This document shows positions 24,427 through 37,700 of a DNA stretch of 64,000 nucleotides, in pieces. The position numbers were made by a program, and so were the translations under genes. Where the stretch lies: assembly GCF_018977255.1 (NCBI RefSeq), contig NW_024704755.1:15190001-15254000 (forward strand). The letters are read 5' to 3'. The stretch comes from Callorhinchus milii (taxonomy: Eukaryota). Position 1 is the stretch's first letter. Every line of letters begins with the position of its first letter. The notes under the pieces were generated by a model, which was not told the origin of the DNA, ran no database searches, and saw only the letters and a program-made list of their open reading frames with translations.

Positions 24427-25109
24427 AATATGTAACACTCATGTGAATTCCAATGTAATGGGTATTGCTACCACACGTGTGAAACACGCTCCAATCGTAT
24501 CTATTCTAAGCACGGATTTAACAAAAAAACAGGATGTTATAAAACAGGAAATCATTTCACAGAGTCCAACTGACCTCCAGTGCTGATTATCTATATGTGT
24601 TTTTTTTAAAAAAATCTACATTTGTATTTCTACAGGCTCAAGACAGTTACTGTTCAAGATAAAGGGAAGAAAAATGTAGAGCGAACAATAGTTAGAAGAA
24701 CAACAGTCCTACATAAAAGCAGTTGAAGATACCCAATATTAGTCATACTCATGGCACACTAGATTGGATTTACAACGAGAGGCTTACAGTAAGGTTTAAG
24801 CTGAGTGCAATGCCCCTCTACTGTTCGAGGAATTTGACCTCACTTCCGGTTGTGAAAAGATTGGGAGTAAATTAGCCACGAAGGGGGAATATAGATCAAG
24901 ATAATCAGAAGGAAAATGCCAAAATGTCACTATTTTAATGATTTCGAAGGCTAGAGGGGAATTAGAGGAATTCCAAATCAATTCGGATCTGGAAAGGATT
25001 CCTGGCTTAGGTATCAGGTATATATGTGTTCAATCTTGGCATGGCAGTTGCATTTACACATTACATCAAATCTAATTCGGAGTTAATTCTCACTATGATG
25101 CTTTTCCTG

Positions 25110-26600
25110 TAATCGGAATATAACGCTACTCTGCTGTCTGGCCTCATCACTGCTCTCCCTGGACCCATCACTGCTCTCAAACTACTCCCCCATCTCCAAC
25201 CTCCCTTTCCTCTCCATGGTCTGGAATGAGTTGTTGTTTCCCAGCTTCACTCCTTCCTCGCCCACTGCTGCCTTCACAAAACCCTCCAATAGGGTTTCCG
25301 TGCTGCCCACAGACAAGTGACAAATTACATTCTGTCTATCTGTAACCAGGCCTCACTCTGCCTCCTTGTCCTCCTTGACCTCTCTGCTGCCTTTGACCCG
25401 TTGACCACTCTATCCTCATCCACTACATCTCTTCTCACCTCAACCTTCACGGCTCTGTCCTTGGCTGGTTCAGATCTTACCTCTCACACCACCTGCAGTT
25501 CATCTCCACAAATGGTTTCTGCTCTTGTCCATCTTGTGCAACATTCCTCAGGGCTCTGTCCTTGGTCCCCTCTTCTTCAATATCTATATGCTCCCTCTTG
25601 GTGATATCATCCGCAGACATGGGGTCAACTTAGACGTGTATGTGGATGACATCCAACTCTACCACTCTGTCTCCATCTTTGACTCCAGGACCACTGTTGT
25701 CCTGACAGAATGTCTGTCAGACAACAAGTCCTGGATGGGAGCTAACTTTCTCCAGTTGACCAAGGCCCTCCTGCATTGCTCCAGTCAGCACCTCCATAAG
25801 TCAGACATGGACAGCATCACCATTCATGAATGCACTCTACACATCATGGAGCCAATACAGAACATTGGCATAATGTTCGATCCTCAACTGTCCTTCATTC
25901 CCCATATCCGTGCCATGATCCGCTCCACCTTTCCCCACCTCCACAACATCACCCGGCTCCCCCACAGTCTCACATCTCAGGCCACCGGAACCTTCATGCA
26001 TGCATTCATAACATCCAGGCTCGACTATGCAAACTCCTTGCTTGTCAGCCCCCCAAATCTTCACTCCATGGGCTGCAGATCATCCAGATCTCTGCAGCTC
26101 GTGTCCTCTCCCACACTAGGCTCTGTGGCCCTGTCACCCCCATTCTCGCCCGACTCCGCTGGCTTCCCATCACACAGGGGATACAGTTCAAGATCCTGTT
26201 CCTCACCTTCAAAGCCCTCCATGGTCTTGCTCCCCCCTACCTCTGCGACCTCCTCACCCCCGACCATCCTGCTTGCTCCCTCCGCTCCGTGGGCTCCGAC
26301 CTGCTCCACGTCCCCTGGCTTGCCTGCCCCACCATCGGCAGGCAAGCCTTTACCCACTCTACCCCCACCCTCTGGAATTCCATCCCGCAGTCCCTCCACC
26401 TCATGCCCCCCCGTACCTTGCCTCCTTGAAGACCCATTTCAAAACCCTCCTCTTTGACCGTGCTTTTGATCACTCTGATTTTCCCTCCTGCCCCTACCCT
26501 CCCCATTCGCACCCCCCTTGGGTCCGAAACATTGACTGTCCAGCACCTTTGGACGTCCTCCTGAAGTGAAAGGCACTATACAAATGTAATGTTGTTGTTG
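25110..26600 (+). mobile_element. 5'-truncated L2 LINE with RT remnant
   Basis: LVLLDLSAAFD, PQGSVLGPLFF.IYM, YVDDIQLY motifs; frameshifts; (TTG)n tail. Confidence 0.92.
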
Positions 26601-28081
26601 TCTGGAGTGACTCCTCTGTTTTCTGAATTATACTGGAAAACCAGGAAAGGAATTTCTTTCAGTATCCTGGTGAATAGTCTTTAAGCACAGAGTGACATTT
26701 AGAAACTTTATATTCTAATCAAATAAAGGTACAGATAAAGAAACACAACTTCCAGATAATCTGGTGCATCATGAAATTGCAATGAACAGAGAATGATCTG
26801 TGATAGGACATGGACTTCATCAACCGCTGGAGGGCACTCAAGTGATGTATTCAATCTTTGCTTCAGGTTTCTTACATTTATTTCACAGTGAAAACACTGC
26901 AATCGCGATTTTCACTGTTTTCAAAAATAATTTGGTAATTATCTGCACTACGTAAAAAGCGTCAGCAATAAGATCAAATTACTACTGGAATCCACCGCAA
27001 AGTATATAAGTATTGCGGTGGTTCCCAGGTGGGTCAGATTTCGGGAACCCAGTGTGAAAGCGAGCCACACACACCAGGAAGCTCCCACATCCCACTATGT
27101 GCTGAAGACCCTGATCGCAACCATGTAAACCTGGTTGACTTCATTGCCCTCAGAGATGAAGGAAGGGAAAAAACAATCATTGATTCCGCTTATTTCAGTT
27201 ATATGCTGACCACTGCGAGGTGTGGATGTCCAGTTATGCCTTTTGTTATGATGCTGTTGATAGTGAATTAGCCTGCACACGTACACACACAACACACGCT
27301 GTCTATCTCGCCAGTGAAGAATGGCCTTTGACCATGCTATGGAGGGAATAGAGGGCAGCATCCAATAACAGATACAACAACTTTCATTTATAAATCGCAC
27401 CTCACGCAGGGTAGCGTCCCAGGGCGCTTAAACATGCTGGAGGGAGAACATAGAATGAAACCATGTTTCAAAATTCATCCTACCCCCTCAAATGTTTTAA
27501 TAATTTCAGTAATATTTGTAAACTGAACTTCCCCCCCCCCATCCCCTAATTTACAACTTATTTGAATAATGAGCATTGTAGCAGTGTATTTGTGAATCAA
27601 ATAGGTCAGTTGGAATTTTTGTCTAGTAAAATTAAATAGCAAAGCTTTTTGCGTCCTTAATTTGAATCCAGTCTAAAATGATGAGATTAAAGCCCCCAAT
27701 AAAGCATGCCACACAAAATGATTTGATTAATAAGCACACAGCATAAAACTAGTTACAAAAGCTAGGACAAATTGTAATGAAATTGGAAGGTAAGTCCACA
27801 ATATTGAATCGCTGGGATTTGAGAAATTACACCAGTGATTACTGGGAATTCTCCAATAATTATTTTTATATTTGTGGCATACTGAGTTTTTAAACAAAAC
27901 ATAATCTTCAAATAATATAGTACTAAGAAAGAATCAAACATTAACTTTGAATAAAGATTTCTAAAGCAAACCTCCTAAAGTGGCATTCTTGACAGAGATG
28001 AATGTGTTTCTGACCTATGCTAACTATGGTATTACATTAAGCACACATCAGTACATCAGTAAAAAGCAACTGCATCAATAT

Positions 28082-28246
28082 CTAATATAATTGTACTCTT
28101 CCATCTATGCAGACAGCCCGTGGCTCCCTATTCATCATTATATCAGTGTACATCGTACATTGTTTTCATTAGGTATGTTTCCATTTTCTCAAGAACCGGT
28201 CAGGTCTAACGTACATCAACTTCTTCTTAATTGTTCACTGCATGAT
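28082..28246 (-). pseudogene. Gene B terminal exon with decayed ITIM/ITSM (IMQ*TIKKKLMYVRPD..KHT**KQCTMYTDI..); translation stops at 28235
   Basis: ctaac branch point and ttccag acceptor, phase 0; 165 nt like the last exon of C, Tyr at codon 12; three internal stops. Confidence 0.72.
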
Positions 28247-29229
28247 CTGGAAGGTAATGAGTTATGCAGTTAGTTTATTGTCTTCACCATTTGGCAAAAC
28301 AAAATTATCATTGGCAGCATTTTTAAAAGTTATCATAATGCAGTTATTAAAAATTGCACCCCATTTCTTTTTGGCTTATTGACTCAGCTTATTGGCTTAT
28401 AGTATATATATATAGTGTCTCTAAATATATAGAGCCTTTTTGCTCTTTTTGGAGGTTTGTGGTACAGGAATGCTGGAGCTTATCCAGATAATACTGCTTA
28501 GTTTGCTACTAGAATACTTCCCACTGCTTGGCCAACTAGTACCACCCTACCCAACTGGGCTTTTGCTTGCTGAGTTAATAAGAGCTGAATGAGACAAATC
28601 GTTGCCTCTCTAAGTCTTGTTGACCAGCCAGGTTGGCTGTTCTTCATCAGTGGACAAACATATCTCAGGAAATGTGGACAAACGTATCTCAGGAACAGAA
28701 CTGCTGAGATTGCCATAGAGAATTGGCTGAATTCCAATATTCTGATGCCAAGCATATAATCTTGGAACAGGGTCAGCTCCATGGAGAATCTGCCTATAGC
28801 CCATTCTCCTCACAGATAATAATAACCATCCTTGCATTTCATATAGTGCCTTATCACATCATTAAGATGGCTCAAAGTGCTTCATAGGATATACTGTAAA
28901 GTGGATTGACCGTGCATTTTGTCAGCGAAATGGTGCAGCCAGTTGCATACAGCAAGATCCTACAAAAGCAAAGGAGTGAGTGACCAATTTTTTATTTAGG
29001 TGATTGTTGGCCAGGACACTGGGAGAAACCCCCTTCTCTTTTCGAATATTGCCATGGGATCTTAAAATCCACCTAAACAGGCAGATAGGACCTGTAGACA
29101 TAATGTAAAAGCAACACATCTTAGAGTAAATTGTAGAATATTTTACAGAAAATAGATTTGCAAAGATACATTGATCACATTACTATGACACATTTGACAC
29201 AGCTACAGAGATGAATGATACAAACATAC

Positions 29230-29270
29230 CGGATCTTCGCAATGCTGAGATTGCCTTTTTTTCTCTTTTC
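29230..29270 (-). CDS. Gene B cytoplasmic linker exon (GKEKKRQSQHCEDP)
   Basis: ttctag/gtatgt, phase 1-0; parallels the gene C linker ending KLEDQ. Confidence 0.8.
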
Positions 29271-30685
29271 CTAGAAATCACAACATGAACATATTTACAA
29301 TAAATCATTGTCTCTGGAAGTAAGTCACAAACTAAGCCAACTCCTACTCAGAATAGCATCTAACATGCCTTCCCAGGGCACAATTCCAGGGAATCTCACT
29401 AATTCCTTTCAATACTGCATTATAATTTCTTCAATGCTTTGCAATCAATAATCGCTGGATAGTTATTAATCCAAATCTGTTACTTTAATGATAATGAGCA
29501 CAATGGTGAAATTCTTTTAGAAATGTCCATTAATTTTCAACTTCATTCTATGAGTCTCTTGACTTGAAGAACTGCAAACCCATTGTACTAATTGATAACT
29601 ATCAAATTTCTCATGGCATCAAAATCTTACTGTCAACACATTGGAAACCACAACTTTCCATTCTCTCGAAGGATCTTTCAATAATCTATTCCTTCTCATT
29701 ACAGTTTGGATTAGTTGATAGCATGCTTGTCTCTGAGTCAAAAGGTTGTGGGTTTAATGACAACAACTTGCATTTACATAGCACGCTTCATGCGGGTAGC
29801 ATCCTGGCGTGCTTAAAACTGGTCTGGTTTGAAGCTGAGCTGGAAAGTGAGGGGAGGTAAATGAAAGGACAGTTGGAGGGGACAATCTTCTGGTGTGATT
29901 TCAAGATTAGCAAAGAGGGGACAAAATGGAGTGATTGAGGCAGACATTCGGAGCATAGTGTGTAAAGTATGGCCACCAATAGTGGAACAGCGGGGATGAG
30001 TGATATCCATATGACTCAAGCCAGCTGAGTGAGGGCAGGGCAGTGGGTAAAAATAATAAAATATCCTTGCATTTGATATAGCACTTTTCATATCTTTTAG
30101 ATATCTCAAAGTGCTTCACAGAATATATTATAAAGCAAATTGACTGTATATTTTGTGGGTGAAGCAGAGTGTAGTGGAGAGGAGTGTGAGCAGATTGGAG
30201 ATGGAGAGAGGTGATAGGGTGTACAGTGATTTGAAAGTGAGAGTGAGGACCTTGAAATCGATCCATTCTCACCAGGGTGCCAATAGAGTCTGGCTGTCAA
30301 CAGGAAGCCGGTAGAGTCTCGCAAGACCAAATTGATGGTTGAACTCATATAGCCTAGAATGGGGGGTTGCGTTGTTGGAGGTGCTGTCCTTCGTGTGAGA
30401 TATTAAATTGAATTCCCACCCATCTCTTCAGATGGATGATAAGGATCCCATGCCACTACTCCAAAAGAGGAGGAAGTTTCTTCTGGTTTCCTGGCCAGCA
30501 ATCAACCAAACATAGTTTATCATTCACTTTGTGGCTGTTTGTTGGACAACATTGTAGGCAGATGGGATGCCATGTTTGCCTACTAATTACACAATAACTA
30601 CACTTTATAGTAAAAATATGTGAAGTGCTTTAAGACATCACTGCGATGTGAAAGGCACGAAATGCAAGGATTATTAATAACTTAC

Positions 30686-30799
30686 CTCTACAGTTGTTGA
30701 ATTGACATTGTTTCCAAATGATGAAGAGTAGGACAAGAAATGCAAACCCAGCACCTCCACATCCAGAAATCCACAAGCAAAGGGGAATATCCTCACTGG
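30686..30799 (-). CDS. Gene B transmembrane exon (ASEDIPLCLWISGCGGAGFAFLVLLFIIWKQCQFNNCR)
   Basis: tttatag/gtaagt, phase 1-1, 114 nt; homologous to the gene C TM exon. Confidence 0.9.
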
Positions 30800-31169
30800 C
30801 TATAAAACCAAATATGAAATATAACATTTTTTTAACCTCAATAGTGGCCTGCACCACGACTTTGGCTCTTAAATTAGAATTCATCATTAAACAATGCAGC
30901 ATTGCAGCAGCACATGATAATCCCTCCAAAACCAAAAACAATAATAAATTGGTCATTTCCAATCTACGACTGTTTGTGGGACATTAATGTGCACAATTGG
31001 CTGCCGCGTTCGCCCACAAATATACAGTCAATTCACTTTACAGTGTGTTCTGTGAAGCGCTTTGGGATGTCCTCCCGACGTGAAAAGCGCTATATCAAAT
31101 GCAAGGATTATTATTATATTGTTATTAGGATCTAAGATATCTCCTTTCAATTTTTCACATGTAGCAATC

Positions 31170-31720
31170 AGATCTTGGAGAAATCGAGCAGAGACAGAGG
31201 AGGGCAACCAAAATGATTGAGGGAATGGAGGGACTGGACTACGAAGAGCGACTAAATAAATTAGGCATGTTCACGCTGGGTAAGAGAGGTGACATGATTG
31301 CTATCTTTAAGATTTTAAAGGGGCAAGACAATATAGATTCAGCGCCTTGGGACGTCCTCCCAACGTGAAAGGTGCTCTATAACTGTAATTTGTTGTTGTT
31401 GTAGATCAGGACAGGCTCTTTCAACTTGTCCAGAATAGTAAAACCAGAGGACAAGGCTTGTGATTGAAGTGGGTGGGGTGGAAGTGGGGGGCGGGTGGGG
31501 GTCTAAATTCAGAATGAATCTATGCAAACTCTCTTTCAGTGAGCGAATAGTGAACCTTTGGAACAGGATCCCTAAGGAGATGGTTGAAGCTTAAAGTGTT
31601 GATTCTTTCAAACACACAGTAGATAGTTTTCTTTTAGAAAATAACATTATGGGATATAATACATAAGTAGTTTGGGACTTATGTACATGTACATATTAAT
31701 ATTATTAGATTTAGATTACT
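31170..31720 (+). mobile_element. CR1 LINE 3' fragment carrying a nested L2 tail (about 31338-31402)
   Basis: QRRATKMIEGMEGLDYEERL.KLGMFTL.KR-type CR1 ORF2 end. Confidence 0.85.
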
Positions 31721-32847
31721 CATGAACAGGGACAAAGTACAGTCAAGGGTGAAAATGCTTGACTGGAAAAGGACTAATTTTGATGGGCTGAAGAGTGGGG
31801 GGAAGAGGAATAGTAGGAATATGACTTGCAATATGAAATATCATAATTTGAATTCATTAAATTAATTAAAATTAATCTCACAGAATATGCACATTAGGCA
31901 GATTGTTTTCTTTATAATTGTTTGCCTGGTGCAGTGTTAGCACTCTGGCCTCTGAATCACAACTTTGCGGGTTCAAGCCCCAGGTTGCTTGAGAATCTCA
32001 ACCAAGCTGAGATTTTCATGCTTCCTACCAACACACGGTAGATTGTTGGAATGGAATGCGTACTCTCTCCATGGAGGGATGCATCCTGCTTAGCTAATTC
32101 AGCTCCAAGGATACCCTGTTTAGTAATGTGTTGCATTGTCAGAGGCGGCGTTCTTCAGATGAGATTTTAAACCGAGTTTCCAACTGCCTGTTCGGGTGGC
32201 TGTTAAAGATCCAATGGCATACTTCAAAAGAGAATGGAGCTTCTCTCAGTGTCCTGGCCATCTTCCAAGTAAAATTGCTCACTCACTCCATGGCTGTTTG
32301 TGGAACACTGCTGTGCGCAGTGAATATAAGTGAATAAGTGAATATCTGAGGGATGTTTACGTGCACCTGGATAAAGTCTCTTCTCTTATCCAATGATGTC
32401 ATGGGATCTTTAACATCAACCTCAACAAGCAGAGGGGACGTCCTCAGTTCAAGCTTTTACCCTCCAACAATGCAGAATTCAGAGAGACACTGAGAGAAAC
32501 TCCCTTCTCTTTTTGAATATTACCACAAAATCTTTTAACATCCACCTGTACAGGCCGATGGAACCTCGGTTTAACATCTCATCTGAAGGATGGCACCCCT
32601 GACAATACAACACAACACTTAGTGAAGTCTCCTTGGAGCTGAACTGACTCCAATATGACATGCCTGGCAGTGGATTGTCAGAATCGAGTCAGCCCTCGGT
32701 GGCAGTCTCGGTAGTCTGGTTCCTGATCCAGGCGGGCTCTCAGTATTCCAGGGCACTGCTCACCCCAGCAACGCACTGAAGTTAGCCTAGGCTATAAAAC
32801 CAATGATACAATAGACGTCTATGTTTAGAGAAATAAAACAATCGTAC

Positions 32848-33150
32848 CTTGTTTAGAAACAGGAACAGAGTAAATAGCGATGATTGGAGACTTGAGGCTT
32901 AGGTGAGATACCACACAGATGTAAACAGCCCCACTCCTCACGGGCTGTGTCTCTTCCAAGGAGCTCGAAACTTGATAACCTCTCCCATCTCTCCCAAGCT
33001 GCTTTCTTTTATTTACAGTGAAAACATTCTTATCATCTTTATACCAAGTGACACTGATATCCTCTGGGTAAAACCCATCCGTTTCACAAACTAGAGTCAG
33101 AGAAGTGGTCGAGTTCCCATCAGACACGATGTTAGGTTGCATCGGGGGAG
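32848..33150 (-). CDS. Gene B C1-set exon (APPMQPNI..TLVCETDGFYPEDISVTWYKD..YICVVSHLSLKSP..)
   Basis: cacag/gtacga, phase 1-1, open frame; canonical C1 motifs. Confidence 0.94.
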
Positions 33151-33641
33151 CTGTGAAAAAACAGATTAGAGAAAAAACGTGCAAATCATATAATTTCTGA
33201 AACTGGAACATCTATTCTCTGTCATATTCCATCCTTCCAGTGCAGTATAATGATTTAGGCTGTAATATTTATGGGAACTGTTGACATTTCCTTCAGGAAT
33301 ATCTTGAATTTAAATTGCTAATACTAACATTTATGGAAATAATTTTACTATTTTGCAACATTTAATGAGACAGCTATAAGAGGCAGTCATGCACTAACAG
33401 TCATGACAGAATGGTCAACTGGGAAATAGAGTTTCATGACTGTTAATCGATGTATTCTATTACAGGACTACATTACGAGGCTACATGCTTGAATGAAATT
33501 GCGAGGTTGGTAAGGTTGATTAAATGATGAGACATCCTCCCCATATGAAAGATGCAATATGCAGTAAATATAAATTGGATTTTGTTCTCAAAAACACGCC
33601 GAGGTTCAATGTGCATTATTTTATATTTGTAATTTGTATAT

Positions 33642-33990
33642 TTAGAGCACTCTCCTCGCACGAGACCTGGGTTTGATTCCCGGTAGGGCGAATTGTTGGG
33701 CAAGTTTCCTTACTTCACACACTTCTGTTTTCCGAGCAGTAAGTAGGAACCTGGTTGTTAGTCGATTGGTGGATTGCTTTACTGGGGATAATAATTATTT
33801 CCAAAAAAATAATAACAATAAATTGGTCACTTCAATCCATGGCTATTTGTGGGACGCTGCTGTGCGCAATTGGCTGCCGCGTTTTCACCCACAAAATATA
33901 CAGTCAATTCACTTTACAGTATACTCTTTGAGACACCTCGAAGACATGACTAGGCGATATATCAAATGCAAGGATTATTATTATTGTTAT
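33642..33990 (+). mobile_element. tRNA/Deu SINE in the gene B V-C1 intron
   Basis: Head, core and tail present. Confidence 0.85.
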
Positions 33991-34174
33991 TTAGGGAATT
34001 TCATTTAGTTTAACACTAAAAGGTAAAGTGCAATACTAAATATAAATTGGCTTCACATATTTATGGTATTTAATTTGTGCTGTGATATTGAAAAAAAGAG
34101 GTAATCAAAAACCCTGTCCTCTGGTTATTTACATTGAGATATATTTAGAACAATAGCAGCGACCACTTACTTAC

Positions 34175-34489
34175 CATGAACAACCAGTGATGATCCAGTT
34201 CCATTTGTCATTCCTCTTCCTCGATATCTCACTCCACAGTAATAGGCTGCTGAGTCCTGGAGGTTGACACTCAGGAGCTGAAGGGAAGCTTCCCCACTCT
34301 GGGTAAGGAACCGTTTCCTGCTGTCTGAGCCCGGCTGGAGAAACTCATTCTCGCCCAGTTTCCACCACTCAACAGTCACAGCAGAATTATCAGAAGGGGA
34401 GAAAATGCATCTGAAGGTAACGTTGGCAGCTACGATCGCAATAGGGCTTTCAAGGGTTTGGGTCACTGTGAGGCGAGCATTGGCGGCAA
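34175..34489 (-). CDS. Gene B germline-joined VJ-type V exon (..NVTFRC..VEWWK..DSAAYYCGVRYRGRGMTNGTGSSLVVH)
   Basis: gacag/gtaagt, phase 1-1, open frame; Cys-Trp-Cys core and J-like GTG-x-x-L-V-V. Confidence 0.94.
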
Positions 34490-34573
34490 CTGTCAAAGAT
34501 GAATACAAATGTTATGTAAACGCATGTGACAAAAAATATAGAAGATATCGATCGAGAGAATAATATCAAATAC

Positions 34574-34628
34574 CTGTGCCAATAGTGAGAATTACTAGGT
34601 ACAGAAACACAATCTGTTTCAAAATCAT
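34574..34628 (-). CDS. Gene B leader exon (MILKQIVFLYLVILTIGT)
   Basis: ATG, hydrophobic core, phase-1 donor gtattt. Confidence 0.88.
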
Positions 34629-34711
34629 TTTGCTCAATGTCAGATGACGCTGGCTCCAAATAAATTCGAAGCTCTGATGGGTTTGGAAAAACTCAGTTTG
34701 CGTTTAATCAG

Positions 34712-34719
34712 ATGCAAAT
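34712..34719 (-). promoter_or_regulatory. Octamer ATTTGCAT 84 nt upstream of the gene B ATG
   Basis: Perfect octamer in Ig-light-chain orientation; mutated in paralog E. Confidence 0.4.
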
Positions 34720-37700
34720 CGAGATGCAGTGATATATGATATCACAGTAGGAAAACCGCGAAACTGATGAACGAGCTTAAGAGGGTGAGATGTGCAGATG
34801 TAAATGTCCTTATTGGGCTACAACGTAATCTCAAAAGTTTGAAATCCATTCACTCTGATCCCTGCTGTATTTGGTATACCTGATGGAAAATATCTAAAAG
34901 CAAGTTGATCGGGCGGAAATATTTTGTTTTTGACGCCTTTGATCAAATGAATTAATTGGGTAACTGCGATCCATTGGCAACCACGATTACCTATAGTAGA
35001 AATATATTTCACAATGCCCCTTCACACTTTTACGTAGCCAACCAAATATTTGGAAAATATATTACTTATTATGATTTTGTGTGCGCAGGTGTCGCCAACC
35101 TTCTTTCTAGAAACAACCACGTGTCAATAATTCTAGCTACAAGAACACTATGAGTTCAATTGTGGTGCCTCACCCCAACTAAATAACTTCAGCTTCTTTT
35201 AAACAGGAAATTGATCCATATCTGGGTTCAACTAGTTTTTGTGGTGTATTTCTCCCACAAAATATACAATCAACTCACTTTACAGTATATTCTGTGAAGT
35301 GCTTTCAGACACTTCGAAACCGTGATAACCAAAAAAACAAAATAAAATTTTCAAAGAGCCTTTCACTTCAGGAGAATGTCCCAATACACTGGATAATCAG
35401 TGTTTTGGACCAATTTTCTGCATATTCTGCATGGATACTCTGGAGGTTGAACAGAACAGCATTGTGATGAGGAATTCTGTATTGCCTTATTCAGCTTAAT
35501 AGTCAGGATAATTGTGTTCTATTACTTGTTAGAGAGTCAAACAACATGTCCCAGAAACTCTAATCACATACTGGTAGTTCCTTGGTTCAAATAAATTGGG
35601 ATTAGTAATGGTAACGTTTATTAGACTAACTGAAGCCTGCAGAAGAAAGACATTGTAAGGTAAATCTGCTGCTTATATAATTCTCATGTTGCCCTAGTTC
35701 CTTCTGTCCTCCTGATCTTTTATAATAATTATCCTTTCATTTCAAATTTTTCACATCAGGAGGATATATCATAGTGTTTCAAGTGATTTTTTGAAAGCAA
35801 CAGTTGGTAAACAGTGTGTTATATACAGTCAAACAAATCTTCATCAAACACCCAGGCGACAAAATATAAGGGTGAGTTAGGGTTCTTTGGTGTGCAAACC
35901 GGGCTGTTTCAGGAAGGATGTTAACTGGGGGCGATTGCTGAATGGAGGTGATTGTTTGTTCAGGTTTGATTCATACAGAATGATAAATGCCAGTTATTGA
36001 CTTCAACTGAAACCCTGATGATATTGGTAGAATTGTGGCATAATATTCGGCAGATCAGTTGATGCCAACAACTACAATAGTAGTTATTGGCATCAGCGTC
36101 TTGTGTAGAACCAGATGCTTCATTGTAAAATTAGGAGACAATATATGTCCCAGATTACAATTATAACTGAGAGCTGTAAATATTTTACAATGTATGACCT
36201 AATGTGGAAAAGGTGGCATGTGTACTGTTTAAAGAATGAAATGGACAAGCACCTAAACAAACCCCAAAGGATTGCAAAATGGAGGCAGCATAGTTTACAA
36301 GTAAGAATGCAACAAAATCCACATCTTTAATGGATGTGAAGTTGATATATAGATTGGAGGAACCGTACTCATATTATCTTTGATGTTATAACATTTTATT
36401 TGGAACTGGCAATATTTAGAAATATTCTTTTCTTTAGAGCAGCCTGGTGTCTGACACATGTGGAAACCCATCACCATGTTTAAGTGTATCCAAACTAGAC
36501 TGAGGGTTCAACATATACACCACACCTAAATATGGGATTTTTCTTGTGTTTGGAAAGGAAGGCATACTATCTCCCTTGAGGATCTGACACTGGTTAACTA
36601 ATTCTGGGGAGGTTTATGCAGGGGTTGACAGAAGCCAAGATTTGGGGACCTCAGAGTGAAGGTGGGTTACTGCTGGAGTTTAACCTGCTAAAAATCGCAT
36701 AGCTTGCCATTTAGTGCACAGTCTGGCAAACTTGCCACTGCTTATCCAGCTAGGACCACCTACTCGGTAGAGCTTTGACTTGCTGGGTTAACAGAAACTG
36801 AGTGGAAGAATCCCTACTCCCAGGAGGAATATTCTTGACCAAATGAATATGGGAAATGAATGCCTGATCCAGTGAATTCACGCAGAAGGTGACTGGATGC
36901 AACAACACTCTTTGTGGGTTGGACCGGGAAAGAGACATACACAAAAATAGATCATATAATAGTAATCATAATGATATAGCACCTTTTCACATAATTGAGA
37001 TGTCTCAAAGCATCTTACAGAATATATTGTAAAGGGAATTCACTGGGTATTTGTGGACAAAACGAGACAGCAAATTACCCTAAGCAGTTTCTTAAACAGT
37101 CTTGGATTGAGCGAGCAATTTTATATCTATCTATCTATTAGTCCAGCTATTTCCCTATGTACAATTCACATACAAAATGAACAAGTATTACAGATACATT
37201 GCAATAATATATTGTTAGAGCCATACAAAGGTATAATTAATTTTTTTAATGACTGTTAGTTTGTAGCTTGCACAATCAAACAGGGACAAAATGTTGCTTC
37301 ACATTTACCATCTCTGAATACGTGCTGGTCCAAACGTGAAAAACAAAGTCAGTGATGTGAGTGTCTGTCACACAACAACTATATTATGGTGCCTCGGGGA
37401 CCAATATGAATCCTTGCTCATTGCTTTAATTGCAGTGAATCGTTTCCTGAGCTGAGGTGGCATCTGAGATATTCTATCAATCAGCGCCAGTATACAATCA
37501 TGTAACCATAATCTAAGTACCTGCTGGGCATCAAAATCAAAGACACTTGTGCTGTTTCATGGATTGATTCCACCTTTTGACCACTGGCTGTATTTGTTTA
37601 TCTTACTGAATACTTTGGGTGCTGTCGCCCATCCTGTGACTTTCATCTATCTTTAGATTTGGAGGATTCAACCTCCACTTGGATTTCAGTGAAGATGTTT

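Larger units (their letters stand above)
31170..36690. repeat. Segmental duplication B block, paralogous to 59870-63580
   Basis: Colinear intron, exon and upstream similarity. Confidence 0.9.

Noticed and set aside
28610-28837. ORF with ITIM-like ILYGNL as the gene B tail
   Set aside because: No good phase-0 acceptor; the region is a copy of an old interspersed repeat also found at 36660-36950
33393-33445. 12-bp inverted repeat taacagtcatga..tcatgactgtta
   Set aside because: Short; no TSD or second copy seen
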